Virus record (IMG/VR): IMGVR_UViG_3300037258_000301
Coordinates: 87,625-151,624 of that record
Strand: one strand, 5' to 3'
Length of the DNA: 64,000 nt
Source of the DNA: a virus
In this document: one piece after another, positions 10,327 to 19,422 of the stretch
Position numbering within the stretch: the stretch's first letter is position 1
Layout of the letters: each line of letters starts with the position of its first letter
Notes under the pieces: model-generated
What the model was told of the DNA's origin: nothing
The model's database searches: none
Seen by the model: the letters and a program-made list of their open reading frames with translations, nothing else
Made by a program: the position numbers and the translations under genes

Positions 10327-10817
10327 GACCCCTCCACCAAGGCCCGTAGGGCGGTTACGTACTTCTCCAGGCCCTCAGCGATCTCAGCGAGGGTCAGGGC
10401 CTCCTCCGGGGGATGGGGTACTCCCACCCGCGTTCGGGTCTTGGAGGCCAACTGGTGCCGCAAGGGGACAGCCTTCTGAGGTCGATCTCCTTCCTTCGGT
10501 GCCAGGTCGGGCATTTCGTTGGAGTAGGAGTTGATGTAGAAGGTCTTGCGGAAGATGGCGCCAGCCTCCGTCCCGACGTAGATCGTGTCGTTCTGGCTCA
10601 ACCAGACGTGCATCGGCTCGTTCTGGCGACCCCACCGGACCATGACCAGTTCCTGGTCGGGCTTCATGATCTTCCGCGCCTTCGCGATGACCTCTCGATC
10701 ATGCGAGACGGACTTGATCATTTCTTCTCGGAAGGTCACCATCTTCTCGCTCGGTTGATAGATCATCATGATGATGTGCTGTAAGCCGGTGGACCCGGCG
10801 GGCGACCCGTCAGACAT
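10323..10817 (-). CDS. Hypothetical protein
   Basis: 164-aa ORF in coupled minus-strand operon. Confidence 0.6.
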   Translation of the reverse strand: MSDGSPAGSTGLQHIIMMIYQPSEKMVTFREEMIKSVSHDREVIAKARKIMKPDQELVMVRWGRQNEPMHVWLSQNDTIYVGTEAGAIFRKTFYINSYSNEMPDLAPKEGDRPQKAVPLRHQLASKTRTRVGVPHPPEEALTLAEIAEGLEKYVTALRALVEGS

Positions 10818-11064
10818 CGGTCTTCTTCATCGGCGTGTCGTTGGAAAATGCGGAGGAGAAGATCTGGAAGGTATCCGAGGAGGTCCTGGGCGCGATCGTG
10901 TCGAGGACCAGCACTACGGGTTCGCCGGGGGCGAAGCAGTCGGGCATGACGTCCCGAAGGATGCCGTCGCTGGTCTCGTCCCAATCCGGGGCAAGTAGCA
11001 CCACCTCGTAGTCCAACCAGTCCGGATGGGCTTGCAGTTGAGCGAGCAGTTCATGGCCGTTCAC
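10810..11064 (-). CDS. Hypothetical protein
   Basis: GTG 11064 overlaps upstream stop. Confidence 0.55.
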   Translation of the reverse strand: MNGHELLAQLQAHPDWLDYEVVLLAPDWDETSDGILRDVMPDCFAPGEPVVLVLDTIAPRTSSDTFQIFSSAFSNDTPMKKTDV

Positions 11065-11429
11065 GCGGAAGACTCCGTTCCGACCCCCTGAGGGGTCCAC
11101 TGGGCAGTGTTCGGAAGAGTGGGGGGATCACTTTCTCGGGTCGCGCGCAGATCGTTCAGGAGATCTCTGACGAGCTGTTCGACCTGCTCGCGAAGAGCGA
11201 ACGGCGGGAGAAGTCCCCGGGTAGAGACGACCGTGGGGTTGGTCTGCCCGTCCTTGCCGGTGAGCGGCTTACCGTCGATCATCAACTCGATGGCCATGAA
11301 CCCGACGAATTGCCCGTCACCGGCCGGTTCTGGCAAGACTCCCAGGGTGACATCCCATGAGGTGTCCTCAGGCTCGGCCATCAGGATCTCTTCGACCCAC
11401 TGGCTCCACTGTGCGGAGATACGTTGCAT
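11061..11429 (-). CDS. Hypothetical protein
   Basis: 122-aa ORF in coupled operon. Confidence 0.6.
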   Translation of the reverse strand: MQRISAQWSQWVEEILMAEPEDTSWDVTLGVLPEPAGDGQFVGFMAIELMIDGKPLTGKDGQTNPTVVSTRGLLPPFALREQVEQLVRDLLNDLRATRESDPPTLPNTAQWTPQGVGTESSA

Positions 11430-11434
11430 GGATG

Positions 11435-11617
11435 TCAGTCTGGCACGACGTCGTAGAACTCATCGGGCGTGTTGGCGGTATCGGCGATGGCCTGAGCCAT
11501 CACTCGGTTCATGACAGCACCGGGGAAGCCCGGTATGGGAATCAGCTCGTCAAGGACGACGGCGAGCTTCTTCTTCCGGTGCTGACGACGGACCTGTTTC
11601 GCCTGACGGTTACTCAT
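11435..11617 (-). CDS. Small hypothetical protein
   Basis: ATG 11617 with GGAG RBS, overlapping the upstream stop. Confidence 0.55.
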   Translation of the reverse strand: MSNRQAKQVRRQHRKKKLAVVLDELIPIPGFPGAVMNRVMAQAIADTANTPDEFYDVVPD

Positions 11618-12549
11618 TGTGTCTCCAGGGAGATGAGGGCACGACGGTAGGAGATCATGGGAGGATTCGGACGAAGTAGCATGCGGTTGAACCACCGAGC
11701 ATGCATCCTCTTGCGGAAGTAGATGTCAGCGCAATGGGTGACGTTCCCGTAGGTACGGATGAGCTGCCGAACAGCCTTGCGCAGGAGATACCAGCGTTGA
11801 GGCACTGGTGGTGGCGCTGTGTCCAGGATGGCTTTACGCAGGACGGCGTTAGGCGTGATCCGGACACCCAGTTCGCCCTGAGGCGTGGACGGTACCTGCA
11901 TGGCTAGGTGGAATAGCCGTAATGCCAGCTCCGAGGAGGGAATCAGGACCGCGTGTTCGGCAGCACTGCTTCGGGGGGACTGATAGGTCGTGACCAGGCT
12001 GGAAGGGGCATCGTCGGCAGTCCCGGTGGGGAATGCCACCGCTGTCTCACCGAGCTTGGCGTGGTAGTTGCTCTGATTACCCGCCTTGAGCTTGGTCGTC
12101 GAGATCAGATACACCGGTCGATCTGCCGCGATGAACCCGCGTAGCTGCTCCTCCGCGATCTTGGCAGCATGGAACGGCTTGCCGTGTTCACATGTTCCCC
12201 GGATGCAGGTGGCGTGACGGGTTTGCGCATGTCCAGTTCGTGACGTTAGTGAGGTCAAGGTGATGGGATTCTCGCACTTGGCTCCAGTTTTCCTGACCAA
12301 GGCACTAGCTGCGCTATGGATGATCCTTATGTCTCTTGCCCAGGAGTTCTGCTGTTCAGGAGTGAGAGAGTACTGGAATTCCGCATGCTCCCCCGAAGTC
12401 CTGCCAGCAAGATTGGAGGCTTCCCTCGCTCGGTCCACCCTCGCTGCGCTCGGGATTCCTCGCTCGGTCATCCTCCAATGACGACGAGCTGCGCTCGTGG
12501 GAGGGTTGGTCGACGAGCTGGATTTGCCATGAAGGCGCTGGTACGGCAC
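11614..12549 (-). CDS. Hypothetical basic protein with atypical codon usage
   Basis: 311-aa ORF; start uncertain; visibly more AT-rich than flanks. Confidence 0.5.
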   Translation of the reverse strand: MPYQRLHGKSSSSTNPPTSAARRHWRMTERGIPSAARVDRAREASNLAGRTSGEHAEFQYSLTPEQQNSWARDIRIIHSAASALVRKTGAKCENPITLTSLTSRTGHAQTRHATCIRGTCEHGKPFHAAKIAEEQLRGFIAADRPVYLISTTKLKAGNQSNYHAKLGETAVAFPTGTADDAPSSLVTTYQSPRSSAAEHAVLIPSSELALRLFHLAMQVPSTPQGELGVRITPNAVLRKAILDTAPPPVPQRWYLLRKAVRQLIRTYGNVTHCADIYFRKRMHARWFNRMLLRPNPPMISYRRALISLETQ

Positions 12550-12576
12550 AATCAGTCCTTAGTCCGATGTCGTTTT

Positions 12577-12626
12577 GGGAATTGATGACCTTCAGCTCTG
12601 ATCAGCTGGAGGTCATTCCCCTTTTT
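12577..12626 (+). terminator. Long hairpin with T-tract (possibly bidirectional terminator)
   Basis: gggaa..tgaccttcagct-ctgatc-agctggaggtcattccc followed by cttttt; lies just past the stop of the minus-strand glycosyltransferase. Confidence 0.55.
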
Positions 12627-12651
12627 GGGGACAAACCGGAACGGTAGCGGA

Positions 12652-13707
12652 TCAGGGTGTCCCTACGCCAGCCAGGGCTTGCTGGTAGGCCGCGACCCAG
12701 CGGTACGCGTTGGCCTCGGTGGTCCGACCCAGTACCCACTCCCGGGCTTCCTTGCCGAGCTTCTGCCGCGTCTCGGGTTCCTTGATCAGATGCGTGAGAC
12801 ACTCCGTCCACTCCCGGGGATTACCGGCCAACCAGTAGCCCCGGTGCCCCTCGTCGAAGGCCCGAAGATAGGGCCCCACCGGGGAGGCGATCACGGGGAT
12901 ACCCAGGGCGCCGAGTTCCAGCAGCCTGATGTCCGATTTGCTCTCGTTGAACGGGAACGGGTAGAGCGGGGCCAGCCCGATGTCGAAGTTGATCGCCCGG
13001 TAGTAGTTCTCCACCCCGTTCACCCAGGCCGTGTGGTGGGTCCGCCCTCGGATCGAGGCCACTCGCTCGGTGTAGTCGACCGGACAGATGCAGTGGAAGA
13101 TCGTCTGCGGGTGGGCCTGGATGACCCGCTTCACCGAACGAGCGCACTCACCGAAGTCCCGGTTGTGGGTGGAGCTACCCGCCCAGCCGATCACCAGGTC
13201 GTCCTCTCCGATGACCTGTCGGCCTTCGGCGTCGGCTACGGCGTGGGAAGGAACCAGCTCCGTCAGGAACTGCGGGACGGTGTTGGGTAGCACCACCACC
13301 GGGACCGAGGCGTGCTCGGTCACCACGTTGGCCAGGTGCTCGGTGGACACCGTGATCAGGTCGGCGACCGCTACGTTCTCCTTCAGTCGTCGGAGCCGCT
13401 CCGGGTCGAAGAAGGCGTGGGCGTCGTTGGACCGGTCGATGTTCCACAGATCGTCGTCGAGATCCATGACCAGGGCGAAGTCTCGCCGGCCATGGCGAGC
13501 CAGGGCTTGCCACAGGGCGGTCGGGGACGGTTCGACGAGTCGCTGCCCGACCAGGACATTCAGACCCTGCTCCTGGCAATTCTCCAGGGTGGGCATTGAG
13601 GTGCCGTGCGTGCAGGCGTGGCCGATCAGGGACATCCGGGACAGGGGAAGATAGCCCCGGTAGTACCCAGGACCGTGCATGTCGGCCAGACAGAAGTGAA
13701 CGCGCAT
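12652..13707 (-). CDS. Glycosyltransferase (GT-B/GT4-like)
   Basis: 'GPGYYRGYLP', 'MDLDDDLW', 'ADLITVSTEHLA', 'IGWAGSSTHNRD', 'DIGLAPL..FNESKSDIRLLELGALGIPVIAS'. Confidence 0.85.
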   Translation of the reverse strand: MRVHFCLADMHGPGYYRGYLPLSRMSLIGHACTHGTSMPTLENCQEQGLNVLVGQRLVEPSPTALWQALARHGRRDFALVMDLDDDLWNIDRSNDAHAFFDPERLRRLKENVAVADLITVSTEHLANVVTEHASVPVVVLPNTVPQFLTELVPSHAVADAEGRQVIGEDDLVIGWAGSSTHNRDFGECARSVKRVIQAHPQTIFHCICPVDYTERVASIRGRTHHTAWVNGVENYYRAINFDIGLAPLYPFPFNESKSDIRLLELGALGIPVIASPVGPYLRAFDEGHRGYWLAGNPREWTECLTHLIKEPETRQKLGKEAREWVLGRTTEANAYRWVAAYQQALAGVGTP

Positions 13708-13744
13708 GGTTCGCAGCGTCTCACGCGAACATGCCACTCACCAT

Positions 13745-13774
13745 CTTGGTCGACTCAGGGCAATGACGGACACT
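13745..13774 (+). promoter_or_regulatory. Phage promoter element copy (TTGGTC-17-GACACT)
   Basis: CTTGGTCGACTCAGGG...GACACT, 17-bp spacer; lacks the GTCACCA +1 motif. Confidence 0.6.
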
Positions 13775-13812
13775 GGTCAGCAGAGAGATCACTACCCATC
13801 CTGGAGCGCGTC

Positions 13813-14319
13813 ATGTACGACCTCGACCAATTCGACGACGGGGACAACCCCGAGTTCAGATACCCCCTGTTCACCCACGAGCAGCTCATGTCGGTGCCGA
13901 CCGAGCCGATCCCCACGCAGTCCCTTCCGACTGTGCGAATGTCACCACCTCTCGCCCCGGCGATGGAGGTTTACACCGGTCAGGACGCTCAGCTTTCCAC
14001 TCGTGAGCTGATGTGGGGCCTGATGGTGCTGGGGACGATTGCGCCACTCGTGGGGGTGCTCGCCGATGGCTTCCTGGGCTTCCTCGTCGGCACCCTCGTG
14101 GGCTTCGCGCTGGGGAGCGGTGCCACCATCGCCCGTTACCTGCGGATCAAAGCCATCCGGGCCGGCCGTACCGACCTGGAGTTCAGTCAGGCCGAGGTCA
14201 AGACGGAGACCGTCCTGGGGGTTCTCGTGCTCGTCTTCAGCATCCTGTCCGTGGCCAGTTATGTCGAACGCCGCCATGTCCGCCTGATCGCTCGTGAGAT
14301 CCAGCGTGGTGGCCGGTGA
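13813..14319 (+). CDS. Membrane protein
   Basis: About three hydrophobic helices; GGAG RBS before ATG 13813. Confidence 0.65.
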   Translation: MYDLDQFDDGDNPEFRYPLFTHEQLMSVPTEPIPTQSLPTVRMSPPLAPAMEVYTGQDAQLSTRELMWGLMVLGTIAPLVGVLADGFLGFLVGTLVGFALGSGATIARYLRIKAIRAGRTDLEFSQAEVKTETVLGVLVLVFSILSVASYVERRHVRLIAREIQRGGR

Positions 14320-14759
14320 CCGCGCGCATGAGGTTCGTGCTGTGTACCGGTGGAATATTCCTGCTGGTACTGGCGGCGGTCGTACTCGCTCTGTTGCTGC
14401 CGATCCCTGCTGCCACCCCGAGCACGCCCCCGCTGGCTCAGACCGCGACACCCACACCGACCCCGACCAGCACTTGGGGGCTCATCGAAGATCTCGACAC
14501 GGCGGGGCTTCCGCTGTTGAGTACGAAGGCCACCGTGACCGAGTATCAGCGGGAGACCTACACCGAGGCCGCCGTGGCCAAGGCGCCGTGCACGGTGGCC
14601 GCCGAGGGCGGTTCATGGTCGATCATTCTCAGTCTGGACGAAGAGCTGCCGGTGGGGCCTACTCAATACGGTCAGATGGTGGCGATCGGCATCCGGGACG
14701 AGTGTCCGCGCTATCTGGCCGTGGTCCCGCCGGACTGGCTACCGTCTCCGACGTCGTGA
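14316..14759 (+). CDS. Membrane-anchored/secreted protein
   Basis: N-terminal hydrophobic helix, PT-rich linker, Cys-containing C-domain. Confidence 0.6.
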   Translation: MTARMRFVLCTGGIFLLVLAAVVLALLLPIPAATPSTPPLAQTATPTPTPTSTWGLIEDLDTAGLPLLSTKATVTEYQRETYTEAAVAKAPCTVAAEGGSWSIILSLDEELPVGPTQYGQMVAIGIRDECPRYLAVVPPDWLPSPTS

Positions 14760-14762
14760 CCC

Positions 14763-14808
14763 CTTGGTGGTGTCAGGGTGGGTTGGTAGTCTCTGGTGTG
14801 TCACCAAC
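14763..14808 (+). promoter_or_regulatory. Phage promoter element copy (TTGGTG-17-TAGTCT, +1 GTCACCA)
   Basis: -35 at 14764, -10 at 14787, GTCACCA at 14800. Confidence 0.8.
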
Positions 14809-14838
14809 TCCTCATCCCCAAACCAAGGAGTGATCCCC

Positions 14839-16842
14839 GTGTCCTGGACCGACGCGCAAGAGGCATTCCGGACCAGCCTCCCGGGTTACGAAAACCGGGT
14901 CGAGCAGACGCGGCTCGCGCAAACCATCGAGAAGGCCCTGGCCAACGGCAAGCACCTGACCGCGCAGGCCGGCACTGGTGTCGGCAAGAGCTACGCCTGT
15001 CTCGTTCCGGCCATCGACCATGCTCAGGTCACTGGCTTGCCGGTCATGGTGGCCACCGAGACGAAGGCATTGCAGGCGCAATACGCCAAAAAGGATGTTC
15101 CGTGGCTCCAGGAGCACCTGGGTGTGCCGTTCACCGCCGCGCTACTCAAGGGCCGCAGTAACTACCTGTGCCGTGCTCGCCTGGCCGAGGCCACCCCTGC
15201 TGAGGTGTTCAACATCGAGGCGCTCCGGGAAGAGGTCGCCTCGGTGCCGGACATGAATGGCGACATGGAAGACCTGATCACCGAGGTTGACCTGGCCCAG
15301 CGCCGGGCGTTGACCATGAGTTCCGAAGAATGCCCCGGCAAGTCCGACTGCCCCTTCGGCGGTACGTGTTTCGCTGAGCAGGCCAAGGCGCGAGCCAAGA
15401 CCGCCGATGTCGTGATCATCAACCATCACCTGCTCGCCACCGAGGCCGCCCTGCGCGAGGCAACCCACACCGATGAGATGCCCGACGGCATCAGTTTCCT
15501 CCCCGATTTCAGTGGACTGATCATCGACGAGGCGCACGGGTTCCAGGACGTGGCCACCGACATGCTCGGCGGCGAGTTCGTCGAGCGTCAGCTCCTGCGC
15601 TTCGCCTCCGACGCCGGGTCGCTGCTGGGAGACCGGCAGCTCACCAAGGGTCTGGAAGCCTGCGCGCACAGCCTGTTCCTGAACCTGGGGAACTGGATGA
15701 CGCAGGAGAACCGTCGCAACCGCAGCCGGGACACCTCGATGGCATTGCCGCACTCGGTGATCGAGGAGTATGCCGACGAGTTCGTCATGGTCACCGATGA
15801 AGTGCGGTTGATCAGGCAGCACATCAAAAAGATGGACACCTTCGGTAACGACCAGGCTGCCGCCCGCAAGAAGCGCATGATCAAGCGGGCCGAGAACCTG
15901 TTCAATCGCATGGCCAGGTTCGTCACCGCGTCCTCCGATGACCTGGTTCGCTGGATCGAGCTGGCTTCTGATCGCCGTGGCGACACTCTGAAGTTGCACT
16001 TCGCGCCCCTGGACGTGTCTCCGGTCCTGGAGCAGTGGTTGTGGTCTCGGCACACCACCGTGCTGATGTCCGCCACCCTGGCCGTCGGCAGCGACTTCGG
16101 CTTCATCACCAAGCAGCTCGGCGTGCCCGACCCGATCACCTTCGACGCCGGTACCCCGTTCGACTACCCGAATCAGGCCGCGTTCTTCTGCCCGCAGACC
16201 AAGTGCGACCCCACTTCCGGTAGCGAATGGCAGGCTCGGGTGGCCATGGTCATTCGCAAGCTGGTCGCGGCGGCCGATGGCCGGGCACTGATCCTGTTCA
16301 CCTCGCGCCGGGAACTGGAGGCCGCCTGGGTGGCCTGTGCCGAGACGATCGAAGACCTGGGCATCACCGTGCACAAGCAGATCGAGGGTGGCAACAACCG
16401 GGCGTTGGGCGAGGAGTTCAAGACCGATGAGCGGTCCGTCCTGTTCGCGTTGAAGTCGTTCATGACCGGCTTCGACGTGCAGGGCAGCGCCCTGGAGCTG
16501 GTCATCCTGAACAAGCTGCCCTTCGCCAACCCCGGTGACATCATCCTCAAGGCCCGCTGTGACGCCCTGGACCGCGAGGTGGAGCGCACCCGCCAGAACA
16601 AGTGGGCGAACGGCTCTTTCTCGAAGATCACCGTCCCGTCGATGACCCTGGTCCTGCTCCAGGCGTTCGGGCGCCTGATCCGCACCAAGAACGATCGTGG
16701 CGTCGTGGTGCTCCTGGATGACCGGATCTACACCAAGAACTACGGCAAGAAGATTCGGGCCGCGATGCCTCCGGCGCAGGTACTGACCACCCTGGCCGAT
16801 ACCGAGGACTACCTGAGCGCCTTGCGCACTACGGTAGGGTGA
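14839..16842 (+). CDS. dinG: DinG/YoaA-family ATP-dependent helicase (Fe-S)
   Basis: Q-motif 'YENRVEQ', 'QAGTGVGKS', 'LKGRSNYLC', Cys cluster, 'IIDEAH', 'MSATL', 'KLPF', 'QAFGRLIR..DRGVVVLLDDR'. Confidence 0.9.
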   Translation: MSWTDAQEAFRTSLPGYENRVEQTRLAQTIEKALANGKHLTAQAGTGVGKSYACLVPAIDHAQVTGLPVMVATETKALQAQYAKKDVPWLQEHLGVPFTAALLKGRSNYLCRARLAEATPAEVFNIEALREEVASVPDMNGDMEDLITEVDLAQRRALTMSSEECPGKSDCPFGGTCFAEQAKARAKTADVVIINHHLLATEAALREATHTDEMPDGISFLPDFSGLIIDEAHGFQDVATDMLGGEFVERQLLRFASDAGSLLGDRQLTKGLEACAHSLFLNLGNWMTQENRRNRSRDTSMALPHSVIEEYADEFVMVTDEVRLIRQHIKKMDTFGNDQAAARKKRMIKRAENLFNRMARFVTASSDDLVRWIELASDRRGDTLKLHFAPLDVSPVLEQWLWSRHTTVLMSATLAVGSDFGFITKQLGVPDPITFDAGTPFDYPNQAAFFCPQTKCDPTSGSEWQARVAMVIRKLVAAADGRALILFTSRRELEAAWVACAETIEDLGITVHKQIEGGNNRALGEEFKTDERSVLFALKSFMTGFDVQGSALELVILNKLPFANPGDIILKARCDALDREVERTRQNKWANGSFSKITVPSMTLVLLQAFGRLIRTKNDRGVVVLLDDRIYTKNYGKKIRAAMPPAQVLTTLADTEDYLSALRTTVG

Positions 16843-16870
16843 AGCACGGTGAACACAGTTTGACCCCCTG

Positions 16871-16906
16871 ACGACGACCTCGCCTACCCGCGAGGTCGTC
16901 GTTTTT
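16871..16906 (+). terminator. Intrinsic terminator
   Basis: 13-bp stem acgacgacctcgc/gcgaggtcgtcgt, 6-nt loop, then tttt. Confidence 0.85.
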
Positions 16907-16966
16907 GCGCTGTGTCCGTACCGGCGTCGCCCCCGTAATCAGCGACATCACACTTTTCCTGGAGGA

Positions 16967-17332
16967 ATGATGACCGACCCCACCCCCGTCGAGGCCACCC
17001 CCATCGACTCTGACGAGGCCCGGAGTGCACTGCACACTGCCCTGGAGGATGTGGAGGCCGCGTTCCAGAACCTCTACGGCAAGGTCAGCAGCAAGGTAGC
17101 CGCGCTCCTTTCGCACCTGCACGGCCAGGCCGAAAGCCTGACCGATGAGGCCGAGACTGACGCCAAGGAAGATGCCTCGGAGGTCGCGGCCGACGTCAAG
17201 ACCATCACCGTGACCGGCCAGAGCGCCCTAGGTGGCGGTGTCAACCCCAACGCGGTGCACCCCACCTCGCCGCCGGCCAACGTCCCGGTGCAGACGGAGA
17301 CTCAGCAGGTCGTTCCGCCGGTGCAGGGATGA
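16967..17332 (+). CDS. Hypothetical acidic protein
   Basis: GGAGG RBS; ATGA overlap with holin. Confidence 0.6.
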   Translation: MMTDPTPVEATPIDSDEARSALHTALEDVEAAFQNLYGKVSSKVAALLSHLHGQAESLTDEAETDAKEDASEVAADVKTITVTGQSALGGGVNPNAVHPTSPPANVPVQTETQQVVPPVQG

Positions 17333-17658
17333 CCACCTCGGTGCCGGCCACACCGACTTCGTCTTTCGTGCAGCGCGAACCCGCCCTGACTTACGGAGGG
17401 GGCCTCACTGGCGCATCGCTGATCATTGATGCGATCGTGGGGGTGGGGATTCCCCTCACGGACACCACCAGAATCGTGATCATGCTGGTGGTGTCCGTGG
17501 TGGGGCCGCTCATCGGTACTCTGCTGACGCGACAGAAGGTCTTCAGCGCCGCCACCGTCGCCACGCTGAAGAAAGACGCCGAAACCATCCTGGGCGACGT
17601 AGCACATCCCGAGGTCACCCCCACCCCCGACGACACGGGGAAGCACTCCGCGCCCTGA
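17329..17658 (+). CDS. Putative holin
   Basis: 109 aa, two TM helices, N-terminal 'REPAL', 'TRQKV' after TM2 and C-terminal 'GKHSA', typical of actinophage holins. Confidence 0.6.
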   Translation: MTTSVPATPTSSFVQREPALTYGGGLTGASLIIDAIVGVGIPLTDTTRIVIMLVVSVVGPLIGTLLTRQKVFSAATVATLKKDAETILGDVAHPEVTPTPDDTGKHSAP

Positions 17659-17673
17659 CCGTGAAGGTGACCT

Positions 17674-17718
17674 CTTGGTGTTGTCAGAGTGACTCGCTAC
17701 ACTGAGCCAGTCACCAGC
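17674..17718 (+). promoter_or_regulatory. Phage promoter element copy (TTGGTG-17-TACACT, +1 GTCACCA)
   Basis: -35 at 17675, -10 at 17698, GTCACCA at 17710. Confidence 0.75.
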
Positions 17719-17742
17719 TCCACCCCCATCACGGAGGTCATC

Positions 17743-18465
17743 GTGCCCGGCACCTTCATCGAAAAATCCCAGGTCGCGTCCATCGCGGGCGGTCTGCTCC
17801 GCAAAACCGGCGCCACCGCGTCCCAGCTGGTCAAGGCCATTGCCGTGTTCAAGAGCGACCTGGCCACGCGGCCCGTCACCCCGTTGCCGGACCGCAAGAT
17901 CCTGGAGCTGCCCGCAGAGCAGGCCAAGGCCCTGGGGATGCTGGCCCGGATCAGCGCGTCTCTGCCGGTGCCGCTCAAGCGCCGGGCGCTGAACGAGACC
18001 GAGATGGCCCAGTACATCGAAGCTCGGGAGGCGTTCCTTCTGGCCAAGAAGGCTCTGGAGCGTTTCGACGAGAACACCAAGGCCGTCTTGCACAACCACT
18101 TCGACGCCAAGGTCGAGGCCAACGGCTCGATCGACGACTCCACGCCCTTCCACGCGAAGAACGGCTGGTTGTGTGTCGAGGACAAGAGCAGCGGCGCGGC
18201 CGGCGGCGAGAAGAACAAGATCACCCGCGAGCTGTCCGGGGGCGGCCCGTCCTTCGGTGAATCGCACCTCGCCGCCATGCGCGACGACGGTGTCATCACC
18301 GAGCGGGAGTACCAGTCGCTTACCCGCATCCCGCGCTACCGCGAGCTGAACGACGACGCGGTGATCGCCAAGGTCGCTGCCGACTCGGAGTTTGCCGCGC
18401 GGGTCCTGGAGTACTCCACCGAGATCGCGCCGACCCCCTCGATCCAGCTCCGGCCGGCGAAGTGA
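17743..18465 (+). CDS. Hypothetical protein
   Basis: Start reassigned to GTG 17743 after GGAGG, downstream of the promoter copy. Confidence 0.65.
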   Translation: MPGTFIEKSQVASIAGGLLRKTGATASQLVKAIAVFKSDLATRPVTPLPDRKILELPAEQAKALGMLARISASLPVPLKRRALNETEMAQYIEAREAFLLAKKALERFDENTKAVLHNHFDAKVEANGSIDDSTPFHAKNGWLCVEDKSSGAAGGEKNKITRELSGGGPSFGESHLAAMRDDGVITEREYQSLTRIPRYRELNDDAVIAKVAADSEFAARVLEYSTEIAPTPSIQLRPAK

Positions 18466-18830
18466 GCGAGTCCTACGGTCGCCGCACACTCTCGCGGGAG
18501 GCCCGCGTCATCCTGTTGGATGACGCGGCGCCCGTTGAGGGGCAGTACTGGACCGCGCCTGACGACGCACCCCCGTGGTACTCGATCGGTGAGGTCAGCT
18601 CGTTCTTCCTCGGCTACCACAAGCGCTGGCTGACCGACATCCTTGACGAGGACCCGTCCATGGCCCTGTACGGGTCGCTGATCAACGGTCAGCGCCGGTA
18701 CCGCCTCTACGACGTCGAACGCACCGTGCACGCGCTCACGGCCGCTCAGCGCCTCTCTCCGCACCGTGCTCGGCTGGCACTCCTGCATGTCCGCCTAGCT
18801 GCTGTGCAGTACGGCTACCTCGATCTCTGA
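18462..18830 (+). CDS. MerR-like helix-turn-helix DNA-binding protein
   Basis: 'YSIGEVSSFFLG...WL' and wing 'NGQRRYRLYDVE'. Confidence 0.65.
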   Translation: MSESYGRRTLSREARVILLDDAAPVEGQYWTAPDDAPPWYSIGEVSSFFLGYHKRWLTDILDEDPSMALYGSLINGQRRYRLYDVERTVHALTAAQRLSPHRARLALLHVRLAAVQYGYLDL

Positions 18831-18843
18831 CTAAGGACGCCCC

Positions 18844-19170
18844 ATGACCAGTCCCCCATCCGGTAGCGACGGAGTGCCCGTCAATGGTGGTCCGTTCATC
18901 GAAGGGTCTTCCATGCCGATGCCCAGCAACTCTATGTGGAACGATCTCTCTCGCTTCGTCGACAAGAACGCCGTCGAGACGGAATCCCGGCTCGGTGAGA
19001 TCAGCGATGTTCTCCTCGATGCTCGCGAAAAGATCTCTGAGGCTCAGAAGTACATCGCTGAGGCGCAACAGAATCTGGCGCAGCTCAGGAAGTTCGTCAT
19101 TGGACAGGTGTTGGTGATACTCGTCCTCCTAGGACTGTTGATGATCATTTTTCTTGCGTTTCGACTCTGA
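18844..19170 (+). CDS. Coiled-coil protein with C-terminal TM helix
   Basis: Heptad segment followed by hydrophobic C-terminus. Confidence 0.55.
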   Translation: MTSPPSGSDGVPVNGGPFIEGSSMPMPSNSMWNDLSRFVDKNAVETESRLGEISDVLLDAREKISEAQKYIAEAQQNLAQLRKFVIGQVLVILVLLGLLMIIFLAFRL

Positions 19171-19182
19171 GAGGACCTCTTC

Positions 19183-19422
19183 ATGGCACTGAACCCGGAG
19201 CAGATCCGCTCTCTGGCACGAGAGGACTTCGTCGAGGCTGTCTACCTGTCGTTGGGCGCCGCACAGGAGCAGGGGCTCCTCAGCTTCCCCACTTCGATCG
19301 AACGGCGTGCGGCGGCGACTCTGGTGTTCGACCAACTGACCATGCATGTCATGATCAAAATGTTGGTCGGCATGGCCCCCTCCATGAATCGGTCAGCGGA
19401 AAGCCAGGAGCGTTTCGGATGA
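19183..19422 (+). CDS. Hypothetical protein
   Basis: GAGGA RBS; ATGA overlap with next gene. Confidence 0.55.
   Translation: MALNPEQIRSLAREDFVEAVYLSLGAAQEQGLLSFPTSIERRAAATLVFDQLTMHVMIKMLVGMAPSMNRSAESQERFG

Noticed and set aside
15142-18489. Long antisense ORFs (15142-16374, 17302-18489; also 25582-26559, 26626-27603, 35138-36274, 44546-45616)
   Set aside because: Shadow frames of well-supported + strand genes, as expected from high-GC codon bias
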